A stretch of 56,660 nucleotides of DNA. Origin: Pseudomonadota bacterium (GTDB lineage Bacteria > Pseudomonadota > Gammaproteobacteria > JAJDOJ01). Position numbers and translations under genes: made by a program. Below, piece after piece: positions 31,175-40,964 of this stretch (positions within the stretch are counted from its first letter, which is position 1; every line of letters starts with the position of its first letter). Where the stretch lies: the NCBI GenBank assembly GCA_034722015.1, contig JAYENI010000213.1:1-56660 (forward strand), read 5' to 3'. Below the pieces are notes generated by a model. The model was not told where the DNA came from and made no database searches. It was given only the letters and a program-made list of their open reading frames with translations.

Positions 31175-31330
31175 GGCGATTGCCGGAAAATGGTATACCA
31201 GAATGCGCCGGATTTTCGTTCGTATTCAAGGCGCGACAACCGGAGCATAGCAAGCTATTTGACGGTTGGCGCAACGCAGAAGACGGGTGAAAAGACAAGC
31301 AGGCTGGTATGTCATTTGACAGAAATCGCC
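31175..31330 (+). mobile_element. MITE family A copy 4 (156 bp)
   Basis: TAA duplicated at 31172-31174 (the sspB stop) and 31331-31333. Confidence 0.92.
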
Positions 31331-31343
31331 TAAGGCGATTGCC

Positions 31344-32750
31344 CTATCCGTTCCCCGATGCCGCGTCGACCGGAAAAACCTTCGCGGGATTCAGTATGCC
31401 GCGCGGGTCGAATTGCGCCTTGATGCGACGCATCAGATCCAGGGTGACCGAGTCGATCTCCCGGTCGATGTAGTCGCGCTTTGCGATCCCGACGCCGTGT
31501 TCTCCCGAGAGCGTCCCACCAAGCTTCAGCACCAGATCAAATACCTCGGCGAGGCAGCGCTCCGCGCGTTCCGTGATGCCGTCGATATCCGGGTCGATAA
31601 GCAGATTGACGTGAATGTTCCCGTTACCGGCATGTCCGAAATTCACGATCGGTATCCGGTGTTTTTCGCTAAGGACGGTGAGTCCACCGATCAGCGAGGG
31701 GATCTCCGACACCGGAACCACGACGTCCTCATTGATCTTTTCGGGTGCTATCGTGCGCAGTGCAGGCGAAAGGGCCTTGCGGGCCGCCCACATTTCCCGA
31801 ACCTCGCCCTCGTCGCGAGCCGCCCGCATGCGCAGGCAGCCTTCGATCTGCCCGGCTTGCATGATCGTCGCGGCGGCGGCGGCTACCGCCTGCTCGCTGC
31901 CATCGACCTCGATCATCAGCAGCGCCCCGGCACCGGTCGGAACATCGACCTGCGCATAGTCCCTGATCATGTCGATTGCGCATGCATCCATGAATTCCAG
32001 CGATCTCGGTACCGCAGGCTGCGCCATGATTCTGGAAATGGCCTCGGCCGCGGTGTCAACACCGGAATAGACGGCCTGCAGGGTATGAACGGTTTCAGGC
32101 AGGGGAATGAGTTTGAGTGTGGCCTCGGTGATGACCGCAAGCGTGCCCTCCGACCCGATCAGCAGACGCGTCAGATCGTATCCCACTACGCCCTTGGTGG
32201 TACGCACGCCGGTGCGTATCGGGGCGCCGAGGCCGGTCACGGCAAGAAGGCCCAGTGTGTTTTCCCGTGGGGTGCCGTATTTAAGCGCGCGTGGACCTGC
32301 GGAGTTATAGGCGAGATTGCCGCCGACCGTGCAGTAACCCGCACTCGTGGGATCAGGTGGCCAGAAAAAACCGTGTTTCGACGCCGCGTCCTGGACCGCC
32401 TGGTTGATGGCGCCCGGCTGAACCCGGATGATCCGGTTTTCGGGGTCCATATCCAGGATCCGGTCCATCCGCTCCGTGGACAGGACGAGCCCCCCGTTCA
32501 GTGGCACGGTCGCCCCGGTCGTGCCGGTGCCCCGGCCTCTGACGACGAGACTCACTCCCTCCTGGCAGCAGCATTCGACGATGCGGGCGACCTGTTCGTG
32601 ATCGTGGGCGAACGCGACCGCGTCGGGCAGCGCGTGTTGACGGCTGTTGTCGTAACCGTAGGCCCAGCAGTCTTCCGGGGCGGTAATGATATTGTCCGCC
32701 CCGGCCGCTGTCCGCAGGCGGTTGACAAAGTCCGGGGTCAGGGCGTCCAT
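31344..32750 (-). CDS. FAD-linked oxidase (GlcD/D-lactate dehydrogenase family)
   Basis: PPDPTS, KGVVGYDLTRLLIGSEGTL, GHAGNGNIH, GTLSGEHGVG, FDPRGILNP. Confidence 0.88.
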   Translation of the reverse strand: MDALTPDFVNRLRTAAGADNIITAPEDCWAYGYDNSRQHALPDAVAFAHDHEQVARIVECCCQEGVSLVVRGRGTGTTGATVPLNGGLVLSTERMDRILDMDPENRIIRVQPGAINQAVQDAASKHGFFWPPDPTSAGYCTVGGNLAYNSAGPRALKYGTPRENTLGLLAVTGLGAPIRTGVRTTKGVVGYDLTRLLIGSEGTLAVITEATLKLIPLPETVHTLQAVYSGVDTAAEAISRIMAQPAVPRSLEFMDACAIDMIRDYAQVDVPTGAGALLMIEVDGSEQAVAAAAATIMQAGQIEGCLRMRAARDEGEVREMWAARKALSPALRTIAPEKINEDVVVPVSEIPSLIGGLTVLSEKHRIPIVNFGHAGNGNIHVNLLIDPDIDGITERAERCLAEVFDLVLKLGGTLSGEHGVGIAKRDYIDREIDSVTLDLMRRIKAQFDPRGILNPAKVFPVDAASGNG

Positions 32751-32787
32751 GCTGCGGCAGTCGCGGATTGATGCCGGCAGTCCGTGT

Positions 32788-33402
<615 letters not shown>

Positions 33403-33455
33403 TTAGAAGCATGAAGTAAGTGAAGGGTCATAAACCCATCGGCGGCAGGGGATGT

Positions 33456-33809
33456 CTACCACGCCGACTCGATCGCATTGCTCAGCCAGTCTATCCGGTT
33501 GCGGGCACGGACTCCAACCACATCGATTCGCGTCGGACACCGCAGTTCGTGGCGCTGCAGGTAGTGCGACGCGGCGGCAAGGATCCGGGACTGTTTGCGG
33601 GCATCGATACTGGCCAATGCGCCCCCGAAACCGGGGTGGCTGCGGAATCTCACCTCAACGAAGACCACGGTCTCCGCGTCACGCATGATGATGTCGATTT
33701 CACCCATCCGGCAACGGTAATTGCGACCCAGCAGTTTCAGGCCGCGCCGCTGCAGATATTCGCAGGCCCATTGCTCGGCCAGCGCACCTGCCTCGAGGTG
33801 TGACTTCAT
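33456..33809 (-). CDS. yraN: YraN (UPF0102) family protein
   Basis: RNYRCRMGEIDII, VFVEVRFR, RIDVV. Confidence 0.9.
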   Translation of the reverse strand: MKSHLEAGALAEQWACEYLQRRGLKLLGRNYRCRMGEIDIIMRDAETVVFVEVRFRSHPGFGGALASIDARKQSRILAAASHYLQRHELRCPTRIDVVGVRARNRIDWLSNAIESAW

Positions 33810-35737
33810 GGCCCCCCGGTTTCGCCGGTGACCGGAACCGGTGCCGGCGGCAAGGTCCGGGGTTCCATCGGGACCGGTTCGCCGCCCTTGAACTGCACCC
33901 AGCTGAGTTGCCGGTAGATGCGGTGGCCGGTATCCAGGGAAAGCGCTCCGGTAATACCCTGAAGCTTCTCGTAGGGGCGGTCGGCCAGCCACCGCAATGA
34001 CGGAAGTACCTGATAGGCGTCAAACCCCAGTCCGACCAGTCGCGGGTACTTCCGGATTTCGCCGGGATTGGTCTCCTCCAGCCTGACACGCAAGGCACGG
34101 GCCTGGTCGTCATCGCTGATCGTGAGTGGCATGTCGGCAAACATGATGCCGTTCAGGTCCTGGTCTGCGGCGATGCTTGCGGCCCCCGCATAGACGCCGG
34201 ATGTGGCATAAACAGGGAGATCACCGGCGAAGTGAAACCGGAACTGGGGGTTCAGCAGGCGCGCCTGCCGGGGAGATGCGACGATCAGTATGGAATCCAC
34301 GTCCTGTCTGCGGCGGGGTTCGAATTTTACATCACGGCGCAAATTCGCCTGCAAGGTCCGATGTCGCTGCTGGCTCTGGTCGATCAGCAGGGCATGCTGG
34401 ATCTGGGCGGCAAAATCGGGCTGCGCCGGATCATAGGTCTCTACGGCCAAAATGTTCCCGCCAAGCTCTTCCAGGCGGGACTGGAAACTTTCGCGCAGGC
34501 GGGTCCCCCAGCGTCCCGCAGGCACGAAGACCACGGTATTCCGGTTTCCGTCGATCGACACGCGTTCCGCTGTCTGGCGCGCCTCGTCTTCGGGAAGGAG
34601 TCCGAACTGATAGAGATTCGGTGGGGCCGTCTGGTCCGCCTCCAGGTAGTTCAGGCTCAGCACGACGACCGGAAGTTCGACGGCACCAGACAGCGCGGAA
34701 ACGCCCTTCTTGTCCAGGGGGCCGATGACGGCCTCGGCGCCGTCACTCACGGCCTGGCGGTAGATGGCGGGAACCTTGTCCGCCATGTCTCCGGTGTCGT
34801 AGATCTTCAGCGCCGTTCCCGGGTTGCTGACGCCCGCGCTGTCGTAGTACGCGGCGAGAATCCCGGCCATGATCGCGGAAGAAGCCGTGGCGTACCGCCC
34901 CGTCAGGGGCAACAGTACGGCGATGGACGCGGGCTGGAACTGAAGGCGCCCCCATTCATCGAGAACGCGCAGGGTATATTCCGGTGCCGCCGGGTGTCCC
35001 GGGTAGCTCTGGTTCCACCCGTCGATGTTGTCCGCCAGCGCTTCCCTGCTCGAGGCCGGCTGCTTTTGTATCGTCGCCAGCGCCACCCAGCCCGCCACCT
35101 GCGAACTGTCGGTCTCGAGGAACCACTCGTTCAATTCGACCGGGCCGACGCCTGTGAGGACATCCCAGATCATCGCATTGTTCGAGCTTCGCTGTGCCTC
35201 GTCCAGCGGCATCCTGGAGCGGTCCGCCAGCAACGTCACGCCCTTGAGCGTCTCGCCCTTGCGGATATAGGCCTCGGCACGCACACCGGCAAGATCGGCG
35301 GCTGCATCCGGCGCCTCGGCATCCAGCGATTCGGGCAACCTGGCCAGCGCCTCGTCGGGATTGCCGTACAGCAGGTCCACCCTGGCCTCGGCGATGCGGC
35401 GGCGCACGAACAGATTCCCCTCCCAACCATCTTCGGGGAGTTGATCCAGGTAGGACTTTGCCTCGGCGCGCGTGCCCGGGGTCAGGAGGGTATCGACCGC
35501 TCGGAGCTGTAATTCCCGGGAGGCGGGATACCCGGTGAGCGCTGCCTGTTCCCAGTAGATTCTGGCCGCGCCGGTGAGGTCACCCTGTCCGGCAAGCTGT
35601 TCGGCCCTCAGCAGTTCCGGTGAGACCGTGGGCTTGCTCGGTTGGGGCGCGCAGGAAGCGAGCAGGGCGAGCGAAACGATCGCGGCGGCGATGATGTTGG
35701 TAAACTTCGGTGAATTCAATTTATCTGTCCATCGCAT
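33806..35737 (-). CDS. lpoA: Penicillin-binding protein activator LpoA
   Basis: Lipobox LASC, IAVLLPLTG, IGPLDK, GLLPEDEA, RRRQDVD; divergent from rsmI. Confidence 0.9.
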   Translation of the reverse strand: MRWTDKLNSPKFTNIIAAAIVSLALLASCAPQPSKPTVSPELLRAEQLAGQGDLTGAARIYWEQAALTGYPASRELQLRAVDTLLTPGTRAEAKSYLDQLPEDGWEGNLFVRRRIAEARVDLLYGNPDEALARLPESLDAEAPDAAADLAGVRAEAYIRKGETLKGVTLLADRSRMPLDEAQRSSNNAMIWDVLTGVGPVELNEWFLETDSSQVAGWVALATIQKQPASSREALADNIDGWNQSYPGHPAAPEYTLRVLDEWGRLQFQPASIAVLLPLTGRYATASSAIMAGILAAYYDSAGVSNPGTALKIYDTGDMADKVPAIYRQAVSDGAEAVIGPLDKKGVSALSGAVELPVVVLSLNYLEADQTAPPNLYQFGLLPEDEARQTAERVSIDGNRNTVVFVPAGRWGTRLRESFQSRLEELGGNILAVETYDPAQPDFAAQIQHALLIDQSQQRHRTLQANLRRDVKFEPRRRQDVDSILIVASPRQARLLNPQFRFHFAGDLPVYATSGVYAGAASIAADQDLNGIMFADMPLTISDDDQARALRVRLEETNPGEIRKYPRLVGLGFDAYQVLPSLRWLADRPYEKLQGITGALSLDTGHRIYRQLSWVQFKGGEPVPMEPRTLPPAPVPVTGETGGP

Positions 35738-35797
35738 GCCGGGGCGATGCGCAGGGAAACTGCCCCGGATCGGGCAGTATCGGGACTGATTAAACGG

Positions 35798-36667
35798 GTG
35801 TCAATCCAGACAGGCATTCTCTATATCGTGGCGACGCCTATCGGAAACCTGTCCGACCTCAGCGAGCGGGCGGTGAGCGTCCTGGCGGGCGTTGATATCG
35901 TCGCCGCGGAGGACACGCGCCACAGCAGGCCGCTGCTGGCACGCTGCGGTTCACGGGCGCGCCTTGTCAGTCTTCATGATCACAATGAGCGTGACCGGGC
36001 CCCCGGGCTTGTCGGGCATCTCCTGGGCGGGGCGTCGATCGCGCTGATTTCGGATGCCGGGACACCGCTTGTCAGCGATCCGGGTTACCGTCTGGTCGCG
36101 GCCGCGGCGCAAGCCGGGGTCCGTGTCAGCCCCGTGCCGGGTCCCAGTGCCCTGGTCGCAGCTCTCAGCGTGGCGGGCCTTCCGACCGACCGGTTTACGT
36201 TCGAAGGGTTCCCGCCGTCTCGTGCGGCGGCCCGCCGAATGTGGTTCGATCGCCTTGTGAGCGAGGAGCGCACGATGGTTTTCTACGAATCGCCGCGGCG
36301 CCTGCGGGAATCCATGGACGACATGTCCGATGTCTTCGGGGAAGCGCGGCGCGCGGTGGTGGCGCGCGAACTCACCAAGGCCTTCGAGACCGTGCGACGC
36401 GGTACGCTTGCCGATCTGTCCGAATGGGTCGGGGGTGACGCCAATCAGCAGCGCGGAGAGATCGTTGTCGTCGTCGAGGGTGCGCAGGATCCTGGCGTTG
36501 CATCGGCGGAACTGGAGTCACGCAAGGTCATCGGGGTGCTACTGCGCTATCTGCCTGTGAAGTCCGCGGTAAAGGCGGCCGCAGAACTGACGGGCCTCCC
36601 CCGCAATGCGCTGTATGACATTGCGGTCCGGTTAAAGGAGGAAGACGCGATGGGCGGCCCCTCGTGA
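35798..36667 (+). CDS. rsmI: 16S rRNA C1402 2'-O-methyltransferase
   Basis: LYIVATPIGNL, AAEDTR, SDAGTPLVSDPG, ARELTKAFE. Confidence 0.95.
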   Translation: MSIQTGILYIVATPIGNLSDLSERAVSVLAGVDIVAAEDTRHSRPLLARCGSRARLVSLHDHNERDRAPGLVGHLLGGASIALISDAGTPLVSDPGYRLVAAAAQAGVRVSPVPGPSALVAALSVAGLPTDRFTFEGFPPSRAAARRMWFDRLVSEERTMVFYESPRRLRESMDDMSDVFGEARRAVVARELTKAFETVRRGTLADLSEWVGGDANQQRGEIVVVVEGAQDPGVASAELESRKVIGVLLRYLPVKSAVKAAAELTGLPRNALYDIAVRLKEEDAMGGPS

Positions 36668-36690
36668 GCCCGGGGAGTCCCCGATCGATA

Positions 36691-36699
36691 TGGTAGACT
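36691..36699 (+). promoter_or_regulatory. Putative extended -10 promoter of rnpB
   Basis: TGnTAGACT ending 6 bp before the RNA 5' end. Confidence 0.55.
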
Positions 36700-36705
36700 T
36701 CCGCA

Positions 36706-37101
36706 GGGAGTCGGCCGAACAGTCGCTGCGTCGTAAACGTCCTTAGGGGCGCTGGCGTGGAGGAAAGTCCGGGCTCCGCAGGGCAGGGTGCCAGGTAACC
36801 CCTGGGGGGCGCGAGTCCACGGAAAGTGCAGCAGAAAGCATACCGCCGATGGCCCGAATCCACGGAAACCGTTCGCGGCAACCCGTGCGGAGGGTACAGG
36901 CAAGGTTGAAATGGTGCGGTAAGAGCGCACCGCGTCGCTGGTAACAGTGACGGCAGGGTAAACCCCACCCGGAGCAAGACCAAATAGGGGAGCTCACGTG
37001 CGGCCCGCACGGCTCCCGGGTAGGTCGCACGAGGCGTGCGGTGACGTACGTCCCAGATGAATGGCTGTTCTCGACAGAACCCGGCTTACAGGCCGGCTCC
37101 C
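36706..37101 (+). ncRNA. rnpB: RNase P RNA, class A
   Basis: GAGGAAAGTCCGGGCTCC, GGTAAACCCCACCCGGAGCAAG, ACAGAACCCGGCTTA; 5' GGGAGTCGGCC pairs with 3' GGCCGGCTCCC; follows rsmI. Confidence 0.97.
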
Positions 37102-37109
37102 CCTTTTTA

Positions 37110-37266
37110 GGCGATTGCCGGAAAATCACATACCAGATTGCGCCGGATTTTCGTTCGTCATCAAGGCGCGGCAACAGGCGCATAGTCGAACTATGTCACT
37201 GTTGTCGCAACACAGGAGACGGATGAAAAGACAAGCAAGATGGTATGTCATTTGACAGAAATCGCC
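37110..37266 (+). mobile_element. MITE family A copy 5 (157 bp)
   Basis: TTA duplicated at 37107-37109 and 37267-37269; immediately 3' of rnpB. Confidence 0.92.
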
Positions 37267-37491
37267 TTACTGCATGGCTTGCGGGACGTGCCGGACCCCT
37301 GGTGCCGTATCGCAACCCACATTTCCCCACCGCCACCCGTGCCCTGGGCCCTCCAAACGTGCGTAACTTCACGTGGATTGTCAGCATTCAGGGCTAACGA
37401 GCTGAAACGCTTTCTATCTCGAGGCGTATTCCACCGCTTTGCCAGAGCGCCATAAGTTCTTGTCTGGTAAGCAAAAAAGACCGCACTTTCC

Positions 37492-37568
37492 TTGACACAT
37501 CTCCATTTTGGGGTATATATACGGGTTAGCTGTGGGTAGAAGTGGTATGAAGTGGGGGGATATCCCAC
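37492..37568 (+). promoter_or_regulatory. Pmra promoter with MraZ-binding boxes
   Basis: TTGACA at 37492, TATATA near 37514-37521, GTGG repeats at 37532, 37542, 37552 (10-bp period), inverted CCCAC at 37564. Confidence 0.8.
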
Positions 37569-37584
37569 GCCCGGAGGAGGGGGA

Positions 37585-38043
37585 ATGTTCCGGGGCAACG
37601 CAAGACTCAGCATCGACGACAAGGGCCGCGTCGCGATTCCATCCAGCTACCGGAAGCGGTTGATGGAAATGGAGGGATGCGCGGGCCGGCTCGTGGTGAC
37701 GCCCCACTGGGACGGTTGCCTCTTGATCTATCCCCTGCCCGAGTGGGAGATCGTCGAGGAGCACCTGAGAAAGCTTCCGAACACCAAACCCGCGGTGCGG
37801 AATCTCCAGAGGTTTCTTCTCGGCAACGCCATGGATCGTGATCTCGACGCCCAGGGGCGCTTGCTGCTGACCGCGGACCTGAGGGAGCGGGCGCAGCTCG
37901 ACGGCCAGGCCATTCTGGTCGCACAGAGCAACAAGTTCGAGCTCTGGGACGAGCAACGCTGGAACGCGCTTTGTCAGGGCGTCCTGGATGACCCCGATGT
38001 ACTGGCCACGGCCGGTGACGCACTCGAGTCCTTTTCCCTATGA
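37585..38043 (+). CDS. mraZ: Transcriptional regulator MraZ
   Basis: MFRG...IDDKGRVAIP, DAQGRLL; GGAGG RBS. Confidence 0.95.
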   Translation: MFRGNARLSIDDKGRVAIPSSYRKRLMEMEGCAGRLVVTPHWDGCLLIYPLPEWEIVEEHLRKLPNTKPAVRNLQRFLLGNAMDRDLDAQGRLLLTADLRERAQLDGQAILVAQSNKFELWDEQRWNALCQGVLDDPDVLATAGDALESFSL

Positions 38044-38059
38044 AACCAAGAGCGACCGA

Positions 38060-38989
38060 ATGACTGGCCGCCACGAAGCGGTATTGCCGAGTGAGGCCGT
38101 CGACGCGCTGTCCGTACGGTCCGACGGCGTTTACGTGGACGGCACCTTCGGCCGCGGCGGCCACAGCGAGTTGATTCTCTCGGTGCTTGGCCCCGCGGGA
38201 GCGCTGTATGCGCTCGATCGGGACCCCGAGGCGGTGCGGGCGGCCGGTGTCCGCTTCGCACACGACGGCAGGTTCCGGATCGAACGCGGCTCGTTCGAAT
38301 CGTTGGAACGGTTTTGCGACGGATGGGGGATCACCGGACGTGTCGACGGCCTGCTGCTGGATATCGGTGTCTCTTCTCCTCAGCTGGATGATCCCCGGCG
38401 GGGATTCAGTTTTCTGCAGGACGGGCCCCTGGATATGCGTATGGATCCCTCGGAGGGTCCGTCGGCGGCGCAGTGGTTGCGGCAGACAGATGAACACGAG
38501 ATTGCCGACGCGCTGTGGCGTTATGGCGAAGAACGCTATTCGCGCCGCATCGCGAGGGCCATTGTCTGCACTCGGAGCGAGTCGCCGATCGATACCACCG
38601 CTGCGCTCGCGTCACTGGTGGCCGGGGCGGTTCCCTCGCGGGAGCGGAACAAGCATCCGGCGACACGCACGTTCCAGGCCATTCGAATCATTGTCAACCG
38701 CGAGCTCGACGCACTGAAAGCGGGCCTGGAGCAGGCGCTGGCAGTCCTGCGGGCGGGTGGCCGCCTGGTCGTGATCTGCTTCCATTCGTTGGAAGACCGC
38801 CTCGTCAAGCGGTTCATCAGGGCCAATGCCCGGGTGCCGCAAGCGCCCCGGCGGCTGCCTGTGGCGGACACGGGTGCCGGGGCGAAGCTGCGCGCCGTCG
38901 GCAAGCTCGTCCGGCCTTCGGAGGCGGAGTGCCGCGCCAATCCGAGGGCCCGCAGCGCGCTGATGCGCGTTGCGGAGGTGCTGGCTTGA
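38060..38989 (+). CDS. rsmH: 16S rRNA C1402 N4-methyltransferase
   Basis: VDGTFGRGGHS, DIGVSSPQLD, GPLDMRMD, FHSLEDR, NPRARSA. Confidence 0.96.
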   Translation: MTGRHEAVLPSEAVDALSVRSDGVYVDGTFGRGGHSELILSVLGPAGALYALDRDPEAVRAAGVRFAHDGRFRIERGSFESLERFCDGWGITGRVDGLLLDIGVSSPQLDDPRRGFSFLQDGPLDMRMDPSEGPSAAQWLRQTDEHEIADALWRYGEERYSRRIARAIVCTRSESPIDTTAALASLVAGAVPSRERNKHPATRTFQAIRIIVNRELDALKAGLEQALAVLRAGGRLVVICFHSLEDRLVKRFIRANARVPQAPRRLPVADTGAGAKLRAVGKLVRPSEAECRANPRARSALMRVAEVLA

Positions 38990-39255
38990 GGCGCTGGCTG
39001 GTGATACCCGGCGTCGTCCTTGGTCTGGTCATCGCCAGCGCGGTATCGGTGGTTTACTGCAAGCACGAGAGCAGGAAGCTCTTCGCGCAACTCCAGCGTC
39101 AGCAGTTGGTGGCTGATGAGCTGGCGATTGAGTGGGGCCGGCTACGCCTGGAGGAAAGCAGTCTGGCAACCCACGGCAGGATCGAAAACAAGGCCCTCAG
39201 CCAGCTGAAAATGCGCAGCCCCGGGCCGGAAACAACGGTAATCGTGAGCCAGTGA
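38986..39255 (+). CDS. ftsL: Cell division protein FtsL
   Basis: TM segment then KHESRKLF...EWGRLRLEES; TTG overlaps the rsmH stop. Confidence 0.9.
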   Translation: MRRWLVIPGVVLGLVIASAVSVVYCKHESRKLFAQLQRQQLVADELAIEWGRLRLEESSLATHGRIENKALSQLKMRSPGPETTVIVSQ

Positions 39256-40964
39256 GCCGTCGTGACAATCCAGCTTCCGTGACATGGCGAAGGATGCTCG
39301 TGCTGTCCATTCTGCTCGCTGCGATGGGTGGGCTCGCGGCACGCGCGGTGCAGCTTCAATACTTCGAGGAAGACTTCCTGCGCGGCGAGGGCGAGGCGAG
39401 GCACCTTCGGGTGACGAGCATACCGGCGCATCGGGGGATGATCACGGACAGGCGTGGTGATCCACTGGCGGTGAGTACCCCGGTCGATTCGATCTGGGCA
39501 GAGCCGGCGGAACTGTTGTCGGATCCCGAAGGAATGGCTGGCGTGGAGAAATTGTTGGGGCTGGGCGATGGAAGCATTCGTGCGAGACTGACCGCACGCG
39601 AGGGTCGGGAGTTCGTCTATATCAGGCGTCACGTCAACCCGGATCTGGCCTCACAGGTCGAGGCGCAGGGTGCTGCCGGCATTCATATCCAGCGCGAATA
39701 TCGTCGCTACTATCCGGCCTCCGAGGTTACGTCGCACGTTCTCGGGTTTACCGACATCGACGACCGCGGACTCGAGGGAATGGAACTGGTTTTCGATGGC
39801 TGGTTGCAGGGCGAGCCGGGGGCCAAACAGGTCATCCGCGATCGTCTGGGGCGCACCATCGAGGATGTCGAGCAGATTCGCGCGTCCAAGCCGGGCCGGG
39901 ACCTGAGATTGAGCCTCGACCGTCGAATTCAGTACCTTGCCTATCGGGAACTCAAGGCGGCCGTACACCGCCACGGTGCGAGTTCGGGAAGCGTCGTCGT
40001 GCTCGAGCCCGACACGGGCGAGGTGCTGGCGATGGTAAACCAGCCTTCGATCAATCCCAACAACCGGGACGAGCGTCGCCCCGGACACACGCGGAACCGG
40101 GCCGTGACCGATGTCTTCGAACCGGGATCCACGATCAAACCGTTCACGGTGGCAGCGGCCCTTGATACGGGCAAGATCCGCGTCGACAGCGTTATCGACA
40201 CCGCACCGGGTTGGCATATGGTGCGCGGCCACACGATTCAGGACCTGCATGATTACGGCGCGCTGACACCGGGTGGGGTCCTGATGCACTCCAGTAACGT
40301 GGGCGCCTGCAAGATCGGCATGGCCATTGCGCCGGAGCGATTGTGGGACATGTACAGTCGCGTGGGGTTCGGGGCCCCGACCGGGTCCGGATTTGCCGGC
40401 GAGTCCGGCGGTGTGCTCAGTGATCCGTCGCAGTGGCGTGAGGTCGAACGCGCGACCCTCTCTTTCGGCTACGGTCTCTCGGCGACACCGCTGCAACTGG
40501 CTCGCGCCTACGGCGTTCTGGCGACCGACGGTCGGCTGGTCCCGGTCTCGTTTCTCCCCCGCGATGAACCCGAGCCCGGTGAGCGCGTGCTTTCCGCTGA
40601 AACAGCCCGGGCGATACGTGGCATGCTGGAGGGTGTGGTGAGCCCGACCGGCACCGCGGTACGTGCTTCGGTGGACGGGTATCGTGTCGCCGGCAAGACC
40701 GGCACGATACACAAGTCCACGGCGGGCGGGTATGCAAAGGACCGTTACGTCTCGGCCTTTGTGGGAATGGCGCCGGCCAGCCGGCCACGGCTCGTCATCG
40801 TGGTGGTGATTGACGAGCCGGTTCGTGGCGGTTACTACGGGGGCCAGGTTGCCGCACCGGTATTTTCCCGCATCATGTCCGGTGCACTGCGGTTGCTGAA
40901 CGTGAATCCAGACGGTGCAACACCCGTCCAGGCGCGTGGAGACGATCCGGAGGGCAAGGCATGA
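39252..40964 (+). CDS. ftsI: Peptidoglycan transpeptidase FtsI (PBP3)
   Basis: RGMITDR, EPGSTIK (SxxK), SSN, KTG. Confidence 0.95.
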   Translation: MSRRDNPASVTWRRMLVLSILLAAMGGLAARAVQLQYFEEDFLRGEGEARHLRVTSIPAHRGMITDRRGDPLAVSTPVDSIWAEPAELLSDPEGMAGVEKLLGLGDGSIRARLTAREGREFVYIRRHVNPDLASQVEAQGAAGIHIQREYRRYYPASEVTSHVLGFTDIDDRGLEGMELVFDGWLQGEPGAKQVIRDRLGRTIEDVEQIRASKPGRDLRLSLDRRIQYLAYRELKAAVHRHGASSGSVVVLEPDTGEVLAMVNQPSINPNNRDERRPGHTRNRAVTDVFEPGSTIKPFTVAAALDTGKIRVDSVIDTAPGWHMVRGHTIQDLHDYGALTPGGVLMHSSNVGACKIGMAIAPERLWDMYSRVGFGAPTGSGFAGESGGVLSDPSQWREVERATLSFGYGLSATPLQLARAYGVLATDGRLVPVSFLPRDEPEPGERVLSAETARAIRGMLEGVVSPTGTAVRASVDGYRVAGKTGTIHKSTAGGYAKDRYVSAFVGMAPASRPRLVIVVVIDEPVRGGYYGGQVAAPVFSRIMSGALRLLNVNPDGATPVQARGDDPEGKA

